A stretch of 64,000 bases of DNA from IMG/VR virus record IMGVR_UViG_3300033076_000375, positions 122,223 to 186,222 of that record. One strand, 5' to 3'. Positions 51,963 to 61,687 of this stretch are shown piece by piece. The DNA is from a virus. Taxonomy: Duplodnaviria > Caudoviricetes. Numbering within the stretch: the stretch's first letter is position 1; the number at the start of each line of letters is the position of its first letter. The position numbers and the translations under genes were made by a program. The notes under the pieces are model-generated. The model was not told the origin of the DNA. It did not search any database and was given only the letters and a program-made list of their open reading frames with translations.

Positions 51963-52608
51963 AGAATTCGGGGAACGGGTTTTCTTTAATCCATGAGTTC
52001 TTTAAAAAGTCTTTCATGGTGATTTCTAAGAAGATAGTAAAGTCTATCATCCCGTCTTTTGTGCTGTCATTAAAGCGTTTTGCGCTGTTGTCGCCTATAA
52101 TCCCTGACAACATATTTCTTGGGATTAATGGGTCACTTTTCTCTACGATTGAATAATAATCAATGGCTTTAAGTTGTTTGTTCTTGTCAATAAAGAAGCA
52201 ATGAGGGTAGATAGCCATTTTGTAATAACCCATATTATCTAAGTCACTGAGAATATTGTAGATTTGTTCTTTCCAATCAGGCAATTCAACATTGATATCT
52301 CTAGTGTCATCAGTAATGATATGATTCAATGACTCTCTATTCCATTCAATATCAATCGTTCTATTCTTTTTGTCAATGTTGTATAGTTCAGGAGCCCATG
52401 GTTTACCCTGAACACTAGTAAGATACTTGCACTCACGTTCAAAGAAAAACTCTAACTCTTGTTCTTCTATGGGGTTTCTATTGCCAAAATATAATAGGTC
52501 AAAGTGCCAGTCACAGTGCATTATATTACCCTCATCGTTTGTTGTAGGGACATACAATAAGTTAGTCTCTTGGGGGTAGCCGTCTTTATATTTTCTTACG
52601 TATTTCAT
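51943..52608 (-). CDS. Protein-kinase-like fold protein (paralog of 46138)
   Basis: FERECKYL, APELYNID, YKMAIYPHCFF, IDYY. Confidence 0.5.
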   Translation of the reverse strand: MKYVRKYKDGYPQETNLLYVPTTNDEGNIMHCDWHFDLLYFGNRNPIEEQELEFFFERECKYLTSVQGKPWAPELYNIDKKNRTIDIEWNRESLNHIITDDTRDINVELPDWKEQIYNILSDLDNMGYYKMAIYPHCFFIDKNKQLKAIDYYSIVEKSDPLIPRNMLSGIIGDNSAKRFNDSTKDGMIDFTIFLEITMKDFLKNSWIKENPFPEFYERLYG

Positions 52609-53279
52609 TCTATGTTTAACTTAATTTCTTGGGGTATTATCTTTGATAAATTATCAAGTTCTTTCTGTTCTAGTGTAAAGCTAACTTTACCGTGACTAAA
52701 CTTAAAATTATCAATAACCTGTCTTTTGTTCGCATAGTTAAGCCATTTACTTACATGTCTATCAAAGACCCAACGTGCAGTATCTTTACAACTAGTATTA
52801 GGAACTAGTGTAATATTGATTGGGTTTTCTAATAATCCACGCTTTAACAGTTTCCTCACAACCAGTTGTACTCTAGTAAATCTACCCACGTTAACTGCTG
52901 AATGAATCTTCCCTGCATCAATCGTATACCAATAACCGTCTTTGACTAAGTTGTGTGTTTGATTGTTGTCTAAATCAACTAGGAAACTTTCATCACCGGT
53001 GATATTTAAATGATACCTGTCATCTATGTCACTGTGGCTCAGATAACATGTACCCGATTTCAAGCTGATTACTCTAGCTTCCCCGATATCATCAACAGGT
53101 AATGACTGGAGAATCTTGTCCCAAACTGTATCTTTGTATTCGGGTTTGATTTCCCATTTGTCATAAAAGAAGTCATTTGTGGGCTGATTGATAGCAAAAC
53201 GGAATTCTTCTTGGTCTGGAAGCATACCTGCAGCTTGCAATAAATCTAGAGGTACTGTATAATTTAATTTACTAAGCAT
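52605..53279 (-). CDS. Aspartyl/asparaginyl beta-hydroxylase-like oxygenase
   Basis: EARVISL...YLSHSDIDDRYHL...IHSAVNVG...RVQLVVR; ATG at 53279. Confidence 0.7.
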   Translation of the reverse strand: MLSKLNYTVPLDLLQAAGMLPDQEEFRFAINQPTNDFFYDKWEIKPEYKDTVWDKILQSLPVDDIGEARVISLKSGTCYLSHSDIDDRYHLNITGDESFLVDLDNNQTHNLVKDGYWYTIDAGKIHSAVNVGRFTRVQLVVRKLLKRGLLENPINITLVPNTSCKDTARWVFDRHVSKWLNYANKRQVIDNFKFSHGKVSFTLEQKELDNLSKIIPQEIKLNIE

Positions 53280-53286
53280 ATAAACA

Positions 53287-53296
53287 TATTTAAATA
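53287..53296. promoter_or_regulatory. Bidirectional late promoter (TATTTAAATA palindrome)
   Basis: TAAATA on both strands in the 22-nt gap between divergent starts 53279 and 53302. Confidence 0.55.
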
Positions 53297-53301
53297 AATC
53301 T

Positions 53302-54021
53302 ATGGAATCCAAATATTTTACTGGAATCCCGTTCGATTCTGAATGGGCAAACATCGCTATTAGTGTAAGCGGTGGAGCCGATTCGGCGTTGCTTGCATAC
53401 ATGGTTTGTAGTAAAGCAACGACACAAACTATTCACATAGTAAATCATATTAGAATGTGGAAGACTAGACCATGGCAAGAGTATGATGCTAGAATTGTAT
53501 ATGAGTACTTAGTCGAAAAGTTCCCCCACATTAAGTTTGAACTTCATAAAAACTTTATTGCCCCCGACATTGAGTATGGTAATATAGGACCTATGTTGAC
53601 TGATGAGTATGGTAAGAAAGTGTCAGGTGATAATATACAACAAAGGTCGTTCGGGGAATACATCTGTCATAAGTATAAAATAGACGCATATTTCAACGGT
53701 GTCACTAGAAACCCATCAATTAAAATAGAAAATAGCATGAGTGAGCGTGACATTGAACCCTGTGATGAAAACGAACACAAAAGATATATGATACACATGG
53801 GTGTTGTTGTTAGTCACCCTTTCAGATTTGTTGACAAAAGCTGGATAGTAAAACAGTACAAAGAATTAGATATCATAGATTTATTTAACTTGACCCGAAG
53901 TTGTGAGGGTGAGTTTAATAATATCGATTACAAGACATATAAACCTTTTCAGCCAGTACCCACGTGCGGAGAATGTTTCTGGTGTAAAGAAAGAAGTTGG
54001 GCAATAGATGAATCAAAGTAA
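53302..54021 (+). CDS. QueC-like PP-loop ATP pyrophosphatase
   Basis: ISVSGGADS, TRSC...CGECFWCKER Zn motif. Confidence 0.75.
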   Translation: MESKYFTGIPFDSEWANIAISVSGGADSALLAYMVCSKATTQTIHIVNHIRMWKTRPWQEYDARIVYEYLVEKFPHIKFELHKNFIAPDIEYGNIGPMLTDEYGKKVSGDNIQQRSFGEYICHKYKIDAYFNGVTRNPSIKIENSMSERDIEPCDENEHKRYMIHMGVVVSHPFRFVDKSWIVKQYKELDIIDLFNLTRSCEGEFNNIDYKTYKPFQPVPTCGECFWCKERSWAIDESK

Positions 54022-55258
54022 AACATTTTGTATGCACCCGTTTACAGGGTTAGCAACGAGAGAAGATGGCGCAATTAAAGCCTGCTGTCGTAGCTTACCT
54101 GTAGGATACATTCAAGACAATACATTAGAAGAAATTTGGAATAACGATACAATGCAACGTATTCGTAGACAAGTTTTGAATAACGAAAGACCAAAAGAGT
54201 GCGAGCCATGCTTTACTCTAGAGGATCAAGGGGTAGAAAGTTTACGCCAACGTCACATTAATGGGGTTATCCCCGAAGCAAGAATTAACTTGTATCCGAA
54301 CACAGAGTTTAAAGAGATACTCCCATTTACATTTCCAACAATGGAAATCAAGTTAAACAATCTATGTAACCTGAAGTGTAGAATGTGCCATCCAATGGAC
54401 TCTACCAGTTGGAATGATTGGAATCAAGTTGAAGAATTCTACAAGAAAGAAGATAACTTTTTAGTTGAAAAGATTCATAGTCTCAACTTAGTTAACAAAC
54501 CATACTTAGGACCGTTCGATGATAGTGATAACTGGTGGAATAGTTTTGAGAAACTATTGCCCCACTTCCGTCGTGTAGAATTTGCAGGTGGCGAACCCCT
54601 AATGGATCCGCAACACTTTAAGATACTTGAAATGTTAAAGCCATATGGTGATAAGATTCAATTAAAATATGCTACTAATTTAAGTATGTTAGGTAAAGGT
54701 AATAGAACAGTACACGAATACTGGCCTCACTTTAAATCAATCGCTGTCAATGTGTCTATTGATGGGTATGGTCCCAGCTATGAATATGTTAGAGGAAATG
54801 CTAACTGGTCAGACTTGTTGAGAAACATCAAAGAGATTCAACAGTTCCCGAACATTGATAGAATAGTAGGGGCAGTTGCTGTTCAGGTGTCAAATGCTTA
54901 TCAACTTCCTAGAATGATTGAATTCTTTTTAGATGAATTGGGTATTGTTTTCTACACGAACATGGTAAACTATCCTCAGTGCTTGAGCATTCAAGTATTA
55001 CCTGAAGAACTAAAGAGAGAAATCACAGAAAAATTGTTAGTAACTAAGTTTAAGATTCATGGGTATTCTCTAGTCATCAAAAACCCTATTTTGCAAAAGA
55101 TTACAGAAACTCAAATCGACAACATCATCAATTACATGAATCACAAAGATACACATGAAGAATTGTGGAATGATACTATTAATTTCAATATGAAGTTAGA
55201 CAGTACCCGCAATCAAAATTTCTTAGAAGTTAACCCAGAGTTTAAACCATATGTATAA
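54008..55258 (+). CDS. Twitch/SPASM-domain radical SAM protein
   Basis: N-terminal FCMHPF...ACC...CEPC; CNLKCRMC; AGGEP. Confidence 0.88.
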   Translation: MNQSKTFCMHPFTGLATREDGAIKACCRSLPVGYIQDNTLEEIWNNDTMQRIRRQVLNNERPKECEPCFTLEDQGVESLRQRHINGVIPEARINLYPNTEFKEILPFTFPTMEIKLNNLCNLKCRMCHPMDSTSWNDWNQVEEFYKKEDNFLVEKIHSLNLVNKPYLGPFDDSDNWWNSFEKLLPHFRRVEFAGGEPLMDPQHFKILEMLKPYGDKIQLKYATNLSMLGKGNRTVHEYWPHFKSIAVNVSIDGYGPSYEYVRGNANWSDLLRNIKEIQQFPNIDRIVGAVAVQVSNAYQLPRMIEFFLDELGIVFYTNMVNYPQCLSIQVLPEELKREITEKLLVTKFKIHGYSLVIKNPILQKITETQIDNIINYMNHKDTHEELWNDTINFNMKLDSTRNQNFLEVNPEFKPYV

Positions 55259-56144
55259 AGTTGCGAGTAGATGGAAACATTCTGACTTTATTAAAGTAGA
55301 GTGGAACATTGGGAAACGTTGTAACTATGATTGTAGTTACTGCCCTAGCTATATCCACGATAATTCTAGCCCGCATACTGACTATTTTATCCTACAAAAC
55401 ACAGTAGACAAACTAGCATCATTGGGTAAGCCTGTTCGTATTAGTTTAACAGGCGGTGAGCCATGTGTTCATCCTGACATTGAACGATTGATTACTTACA
55501 TTAAAAGCAAAAACATGTGGCTCTCAGTTACAACTAACGGTACACGAAAGCCATTATGGTATACTCGTCAATTATTAGACCAGTATGTGTTTTCGTTACA
55601 TTTTGAGCATGAATGGGCTGACGTATTGTACACTATTAAAACTGTACATGAGCAGATTCACGGGTCACATATATTAGTTAACGTTATGTGCCATCAGGAC
55701 AAGATGAAAGAAGTCCGTGATGCAGTGATTATATTGTCTAACAACAATATCAAATACAATCTACGTAGAGTCAGATGGACAGAGGGTGACCATGATTTGT
55801 TTGATGATATGAAGTATGACCAGAAAGACTTAGACTATATCTTACAGCATGATTCTACTGTAGGGGCAAATACTATCTTGTTCTATAAGGACAAAGAAGA
55901 AATGTATCATGCCAACGATGTGATTAAACTTCACAAGAATCAATACAAGGGCTGGAAGTGCAATGCTGGCTTAGAGAGTTTGATGATTAACTGGGATGGT
56001 GAAGTACATCGTGCTACTTGCAGGGTAGGTGGAAGTCTAGGGAATATCTACAATGGAACGTTCGATGTTCCAACTGAACCTGTTATCTGCGACAGAAACT
56101 ATTGCACATGTGCCGCAGATATCCCTATTACAAAAGTTCTTTGA
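55251..56144 (+). CDS. Radical SAM protein with C-terminal SPASM-like Cys cluster
   Basis: CNYDCSYC, TGGEP, CNAG...ATC...ICDRNYCTC. Confidence 0.88.
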   Translation: MYKVASRWKHSDFIKVEWNIGKRCNYDCSYCPSYIHDNSSPHTDYFILQNTVDKLASLGKPVRISLTGGEPCVHPDIERLITYIKSKNMWLSVTTNGTRKPLWYTRQLLDQYVFSLHFEHEWADVLYTIKTVHEQIHGSHILVNVMCHQDKMKEVRDAVIILSNNNIKYNLRRVRWTEGDHDLFDDMKYDQKDLDYILQHDSTVGANTILFYKDKEEMYHANDVIKLHKNQYKGWKCNAGLESLMINWDGEVHRATCRVGGSLGNIYNGTFDVPTEPVICDRNYCTCAADIPITKVL

Positions 56145-57510
56145 GTTCTGGGAAGATTGATTTACTATCAGTATTTCTCACGTTGTCTAACGTATTGATA
56201 TATTCTTTGAACTCTGGTAGTAAATGACTATGGTCTTCTGACTCAACAAAGTCTAGAATCGCACGCCAACGTTTCCATCCGTACGGGTTGTCATTCCAAA
56301 AGTCAATATCTTGTCTATAATTATCATATAGCCAATTCTTAAACTCAATGAACTTTGTGCGTATACGTTCTTTATGTTCTTTGGGTAGAATTCTAGCACT
56401 CAAAAATGTCGGGATATAAAGCAAGTGCATGTTAAATATGCCACCACCTGCTTGATAGTTTGCTAGACTATGCTTGTTTATCTTTTTAAAATTCTGACTG
56501 AGAACGAACTTAGCAAACTCAGGTAAGTGTTCAATGTTTAGAACTTGTACAGCTACTTGTATGCTAGGTACGATATTATCAGGTGTGTTATCTAACTTAT
56601 GAAGAACATCAAGCACTTCGCTCCAAACAGTTGGATATCTGATATAGTAGTTTTTATCTTCTAACGAGTCAATGCTTAGTGCAAAGTTGACCTTCTTAAA
56701 ACTCTTCCACAATTCTAGTATTTCATCAGTCAACAACAAACCGTTAGAGTTATATCGCAATGAAATATCTTTTGCGTAACCTTGTTTGATGATTTCTTTG
56801 AGATACAGTTTGTGTTCTTTAATCATCAATGGTTCACCACCTGCAAAGTAAATTTTCTTTACGTGTGGAATCTGTTTGTTGATATCATCCCAAAATTGAT
56901 TTTTCTCGTACCATTGATTGTTGAACGAATTGTTGTCCCATGCAATTTGTTTAAGAATGATTGGACTTTTAACAGTGTTGACTACTTTATCATAGTCTTG
57001 CACCCAGCGACTTGAATCATGTGGACTGCACATGCTGCATTTTAAATTGCAAGTATGACCTAATCTCAAATCAAGATATTGAATCTTTTCAGGAACACTA
57101 CCATCTTCATTCGTTTCTTTGATTAGTTGTTTGAAGTCTAACCCTTCTTCTGACCAATCATACATTTCCCATAAGCGTTTAGACACAACTTGGTTGTTTT
57201 CTTCCTCGAAACACTTGCTACAACTCTTTGGAACTTCCCCGTTGAGCATGGCTTTTCTAATAGAGCGCATGTGTTCATTGTTCCATGCTTCTAATGGAGT
57301 CTCTTTACTAAAGTTAACTATGTTCCCTGAATCGTTTTTAATTAGTCCAACTTCATGGTCATCACCTGCTCCACTGGCATTCGCCCCGCAGCATAAGCGC
57401 ATATCTCCATTGGGTCTAGTTGCAAGATGAATCCAGGGTAAAACACAAAATGTTTTACTCCCAGTTCGTTCTTCAATCTGTTTAATATACCCGGGAATCT
57501 TTTCACTCAT
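56128..57510 (-). CDS. Twitch/SPASM-domain radical SAM protein
   Basis: FCVLPW...LCC...CSKC; CNLKCSMC; AGGEP. Confidence 0.88.
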   Translation of the reverse strand: MSEKIPGYIKQIEERTGSKTFCVLPWIHLATRPNGDMRLCCGANASGAGDDHEVGLIKNDSGNIVNFSKETPLEAWNNEHMRSIRKAMLNGEVPKSCSKCFEEENNQVVSKRLWEMYDWSEEGLDFKQLIKETNEDGSVPEKIQYLDLRLGHTCNLKCSMCSPHDSSRWVQDYDKVVNTVKSPIILKQIAWDNNSFNNQWYEKNQFWDDINKQIPHVKKIYFAGGEPLMIKEHKLYLKEIIKQGYAKDISLRYNSNGLLLTDEILELWKSFKKVNFALSIDSLEDKNYYIRYPTVWSEVLDVLHKLDNTPDNIVPSIQVAVQVLNIEHLPEFAKFVLSQNFKKINKHSLANYQAGGGIFNMHLLYIPTFLSARILPKEHKERIRTKFIEFKNWLYDNYRQDIDFWNDNPYGWKRWRAILDFVESEDHSHLLPEFKEYINTLDNVRNTDSKSIFPELKELL

Positions 57511-58586
57511 AGTTTGTCTTTAGTTGTTGTTTGGTCGATTGGTTTAGATAGATTAGTGTTTGTTCCGCATATTCTAGCGCACATTATCATTTTGTTTTCT
57601 CCCCACATGTCAGTCCACATTGTCTGATATGGTTCACTATCAATTATTTCTTTAATAGGATGAAGAAGGGTAGAGATACCATCATAACCGCCGAATCTAT
57701 CTATCATTTTGTTATGCTGTTCTAGAATTTCTTTTCTAATCGGTAGTAATGAAGCCCACTCATCTTGTGATTGATATGGGATAGTTCCTAACCAACAGCA
57801 CCCGTATAGATGCCCTTGCGCATCAATAAAGACTTCTTTTCTTTCTTGTACTACGCACTTGATTTCTGCGTTACGTACAACAGATTTATAGTTGTCGATA
57901 ACCTTTTTGTCAATGAACTTCATTGTGCTATACTGACTTGGTTCTAGGTAATAACTTGTCTCTCTGTTCTTGTTATATACAGGGAACTTATTATCAAGTA
58001 GAAAGCGAGTACTATCTTTCATAGTGAAGTTTTTAAATCCCATTTCTTGTGCGATTCTTTTAGCTTCTTCTACTTGGTGTTCATTGTGCTTAAAGCGAAT
58101 GTATACCCACTCTGCGTTGCCACCGTTGTCAATGAATGACTTGGCATTCTCTAAAATCTTTTCGTAAGATGTACCGATTCTGTAAATCGAATGAGTATCA
58201 GATAACCCGTCTATTGCAAATATAACTACTAGATTCTTCAAGTTGGCTTTTGCAAGGTCTGCCCACCATCGAGTAGAACGTAAGCTACCATTAGTGTGAA
58301 GATGGACATGAATATCTGGGTTATGCTCTTTTGCGTACACTAGCATCTCTTTCAATTCATTAGCCATGAGAGGATCGCCTAATCCACCACATAAACTAAT
58401 ACTCTCAATTTGCTTGAGTACGTCAATAGAAACTATAGTCTGGAATTCTTCTAATGTCCATGTTTTAGCATTGACTAATGGGTTCTCAACTCCACCGTGT
58501 ATGTTTCTTGAGCACATGGGGCAGCTAGCCTGACAGTTACTAGAAATCTCTAAGTGAAGGTGTTTTAGCTCACTATATTTAAACAT
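57507..58586 (-). CDS. Radical SAM protein with C-terminal twitch-like domain
   Basis: CQASCPMC, CGGLGDP, YGCCW, CARICG. Confidence 0.85.
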   Translation of the reverse strand: MFKYSELKHLHLEISSNCQASCPMCSRNIHGGVENPLVNAKTWTLEEFQTIVSIDVLKQIESISLCGGLGDPLMANELKEMLVYAKEHNPDIHVHLHTNGSLRSTRWWADLAKANLKNLVVIFAIDGLSDTHSIYRIGTSYEKILENAKSFIDNGGNAEWVYIRFKHNEHQVEEAKRIAQEMGFKNFTMKDSTRFLLDNKFPVYNKNRETSYYLEPSQYSTMKFIDKKVIDNYKSVVRNAEIKCVVQERKEVFIDAQGHLYGCCWLGTIPYQSQDEWASLLPIRKEILEQHNKMIDRFGGYDGISTLLHPIKEIIDSEPYQTMWTDMWGENKMIMCARICGTNTNLSKPIDQTTTKDKL

Positions 58587-60123
58587 TAGGTCTCCAGTTT
58601 AGTTTCTTGTTGATGTAATCTTGTACGATTTCTTTGTACTTGTCGTCTGCGGTATTTACTTCTGAAATATGAACGTCATACACATCACTGAAGTTGTCGG
58701 TTTGGTATAATGGGAACAGTCTGTCCGATAAGAATGGGTTACCGCCCACTCTTCCTTTGTAACCGTTTTCTTTGTCGTAAAATTCTTTGACGAGATACTC
58801 TGCTTTGTACCAATCTAAAGTATTATGTTTCCATATCACAACATTGTTTCGAGTGCTACCTACTCCCCCACCTCTAATGGATTTGAATACTACATCACCC
58901 TTGTCATCTTTTACGACTTCATATCCCGGATGTTCACGAGCGTCTAACTTTTGCAGTCCATTTGCCAATAATTCTTTTGTAAACTTACTCTGATTTGTTA
59001 GTGTTTCGTCATAGTCACTGACTTCTAATATCCAAGCACTCGCACTTTGTCTTGTCCAATGTGTGTTCAACCAGTTCATAGATTCGTACCATGATTCAAC
59101 AGTCTCACCAGGAATGCCGCAAATCATTTGTATGTTTGCTCTATACCTTCTAGGTGCATGAATGTCAGTGTATCTTTCAAACTCTAACAACCCCTCTTTG
59201 AGTTTATCAGGGTCCATGCCTTTACGTACAAGTTTACCGGCTTCTCTATTGAACGTTTCGATTCCCATTGAATGACCCAAGAAGCCTAGTTTGATATAGT
59301 CATCCCAATGTTCTTTGTGTTTAACAACTAAGTCACCACGAGCAAATCCGCAGAACCAAGTATCAAGACCCAACTCATCAACTACTTCGGCATACTTGCG
59401 AATCTTTTCTGGTCTGTCATTGAATGTCTCATCCATGAAGCGCCAGTTCTTGATTCCCCATTTGTCGTAGCCTGTTTGTAGTTGCTTCTTGAATTCTTCT
59501 TTGCTTACGCTAACATCCTTTGATTGCCCTAGTAACGGAAAATTACAGTAGCTACAACTAAACATACATCCACGTGCCGTTTCAATCTGTGGACATTCAT
59601 ATGGACTCATAAAGTCTCTGGATTCATAATCAATCAGATATGAACTTAACGGGGCAGATGGATAGTGATAGATTCCTCTGATTACTTTCTTCATTCCAAA
59701 GAAAGCAGGGTCAGTCTTTAGTGGTTCACCCAATGTACCAATCAAATGTTTACACAACGATAGTATAGCATTCTCTCCATAACTATCAACCCAATAATCA
59801 ATGTGTTCTGCTTTTGTGACTAGGGCATTGTTGCCACCTACAACTCTTGCGATGTTGGGGTACTCATCTTTTAACCAACTAATGAAGTCATTGAGATAAG
59901 GGCTCCATGGATTTAAGAATGCTGTACCGAAGCAAAACATAACTGTCTTGTTGGTTACCCTTGAACGAACCAATTCTTGTAGTTCTTCTAATTTCCAAAA
60001 TGATGTGTAGTCAATTACTTCCGCATCCCAACCTTCTGTGCGCAAGAATGTAGCAACACGATGGGACCATAGTGCTCGTTCCCATCGTTTACCTGATAAT
60101 GAAAAGAATAGTACGTGGTTCAT
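58579..60123 (-). CDS. B12-binding-domain-like radical SAM protein (paralog of 39408)
   Basis: ARGCMFSCSYC, MDETFND, GIET, ICGIPGET. Confidence 0.8.
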   Translation of the reverse strand: MNHVLFFSLSGKRWERALWSHRVATFLRTEGWDAEVIDYTSFWKLEELQELVRSRVTNKTVMFCFGTAFLNPWSPYLNDFISWLKDEYPNIARVVGGNNALVTKAEHIDYWVDSYGENAILSLCKHLIGTLGEPLKTDPAFFGMKKVIRGIYHYPSAPLSSYLIDYESRDFMSPYECPQIETARGCMFSCSYCNFPLLGQSKDVSVSKEEFKKQLQTGYDKWGIKNWRFMDETFNDRPEKIRKYAEVVDELGLDTWFCGFARGDLVVKHKEHWDDYIKLGFLGHSMGIETFNREAGKLVRKGMDPDKLKEGLLEFERYTDIHAPRRYRANIQMICGIPGETVESWYESMNWLNTHWTRQSASAWILEVSDYDETLTNQSKFTKELLANGLQKLDAREHPGYEVVKDDKGDVVFKSIRGGGVGSTRNNVVIWKHNTLDWYKAEYLVKEFYDKENGYKGRVGGNPFLSDRLFPLYQTDNFSDVYDVHISEVNTADDKYKEIVQDYINKKLNWRPNV

Positions 60124-60728
60124 TTGTATCCTATAATCATAAAGCGTTTGTACTTGGGTAAGTCTAACTCTCCCTTGTACAATACTTTAGACAACTTGGC
60201 TTGAACCACAAAGTCATCTAAACTTTGTGCGATGCGCACATGTTCTGGAATATCAAAGTTATTTGATTGCAACACAATCAATTGGTCATCAAACATATTA
60301 GGCAACCACTTATCGTATTGTTCCTGTGTAATGTGTTCAAAACTTGTGTTGATTACAATGTTTGACACTGGAAAACGATTAGCCATATCGCCAGTCTCTG
60401 CCCTAAATCTACCTTCAGTGTGTTCGATTCTGTTCATTTCTTCTGCAACGTGTTGACACAATGGATCAATGTCTACTGAAACTATATTCTGAATCGGAAG
60501 TTTACTTTGAAACAACATGCTTGCTAAGACACCAACCCAACCACCGTGAATTTCTATAGTCACTGGGTCTTTGTTGACTGCTGGGTGAACAACAAACTCT
60601 AGCATGTCAATTAGCCACTCTTTTGATTTGATTTGTCCTTGCCAGAAGGCATCTAAAGTACGCATAGGATTGTTACTGATGCGAACGGCATTCATCCAAT
60701 GATGTAAATGTTTTGTATCTATTTGCAT
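60120..60728 (-). CDS. Class I SAM methyltransferase-like protein
   Basis: IHGGWVGVLA, VSVDID, VINTSFEH. Confidence 0.65.
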   Translation of the reverse strand: MQIDTKHLHHWMNAVRISNNPMRTLDAFWQGQIKSKEWLIDMLEFVVHPAVNKDPVTIEIHGGWVGVLASMLFQSKLPIQNIVSVDIDPLCQHVAEEMNRIEHTEGRFRAETGDMANRFPVSNIVINTSFEHITQEQYDKWLPNMFDDQLIVLQSNNFDIPEHVRIAQSLDDFVVQAKLSKVLYKGELDLPKYKRFMIIGYK

Positions 60729-61687
60729 TTTGGTATCTTACTATCTGCTGAACTAACGCATGTGGGTGTTGAGCAAACTCTAGGCTCATCGAAAAGTTTG
60801 AACCCACCGTCTAATGTTCCTAATCTTTGGTCATGGCAGCTATAGCTACGTTTGACTTCATTCTCTCTAATTATAACACTTTGATAGCCACTATTGCAAG
60901 TCCAGCCAGTGAATTTATTAAACCCGAAACTGTTGAAACGTTCTGCTTGGTCAATGTGCCATTCTTTGTTATCACTATCAATCAGTTTAACTTGTAGAAG
61001 TTCTTGGTCATGGAACTGTTGATGAAACCCATTACGCATAGCATCGATTTGGTCATCAGTATACCCACTCACAACTTTACTTGCATTTGGGTCACTCTGT
61101 GGCTTTAGTGTTACATTGATGCCTGCGTTGTGCATACGCTCACATCTAGCGTACAATTCGTCAAACTGTTCAGGAACCATAACTTGGTTGACTGTGACAA
61201 ACACATTATGCTCACCCAAGTACTTGCATTTTTCAATGAACTCATCTTCTTTTGCAAACTCTGCATGATAACTGGCAGTGATTGAACGTCTACGTGCCGA
61301 GCGTGTCATCATCAAGTATCTGTCCCACCATTTCAATCCTGGGCTCAAGTTAGTAGTCATGTGAATAGAATCGTTGGACACTTCGTACAACAGTGCCAAC
61401 AACTCTTTGTATGCTGTGGGTTCACCACCACTGAATGACCAATGAAACAAACTAAAGCCATTGTTGTTTGCTTGGTCTTTGATTGATTCGATTGTTTTTA
61501 GGTAAGTGTGAAGTGATTGATAGTCTGGCTTATCTGAATGAGCATACGGCCAGCAGTATGAGCAACTATAGTTACAAAATCTACCCAAGATCCAGCTGAC
61601 AGCAAACAACTTGCGGTCTAACATTGTTTCTTGTCCGAATTTTACTATCTTGTGAAATGGAATTTCTGAGAAGTTTGTGTTATTCAT
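60719..61687 (-). CDS. Radical SAM protein (paralog of 55251)
   Basis: CNYSCSYC, SGGEP, CNSG...SC...VCSTPTC. Confidence 0.88.
   Translation of the reverse strand: MNNTNFSEIPFHKIVKFGQETMLDRKLFAVSWILGRFCNYSCSYCWPYAHSDKPDYQSLHTYLKTIESIKDQANNNGFSLFHWSFSGGEPTAYKELLALLYEVSNDSIHMTTNLSPGLKWWDRYLMMTRSARRRSITASYHAEFAKEDEFIEKCKYLGEHNVFVTVNQVMVPEQFDELYARCERMHNAGINVTLKPQSDPNASKVVSGYTDDQIDAMRNGFHQQFHDQELLQVKLIDSDNKEWHIDQAERFNSFGFNKFTGWTCNSGYQSVIIRENEVKRSYSCHDQRLGTLDGGFKLFDEPRVCSTPTCVSSADSKIPKCK

Noticed and set aside
53302-54021. Complete 7-deazaguanine DNA modification system
   Set aside because: Only a divergent QueC-like gene is present; FolE, QueD and DpdA are not seen in the window.
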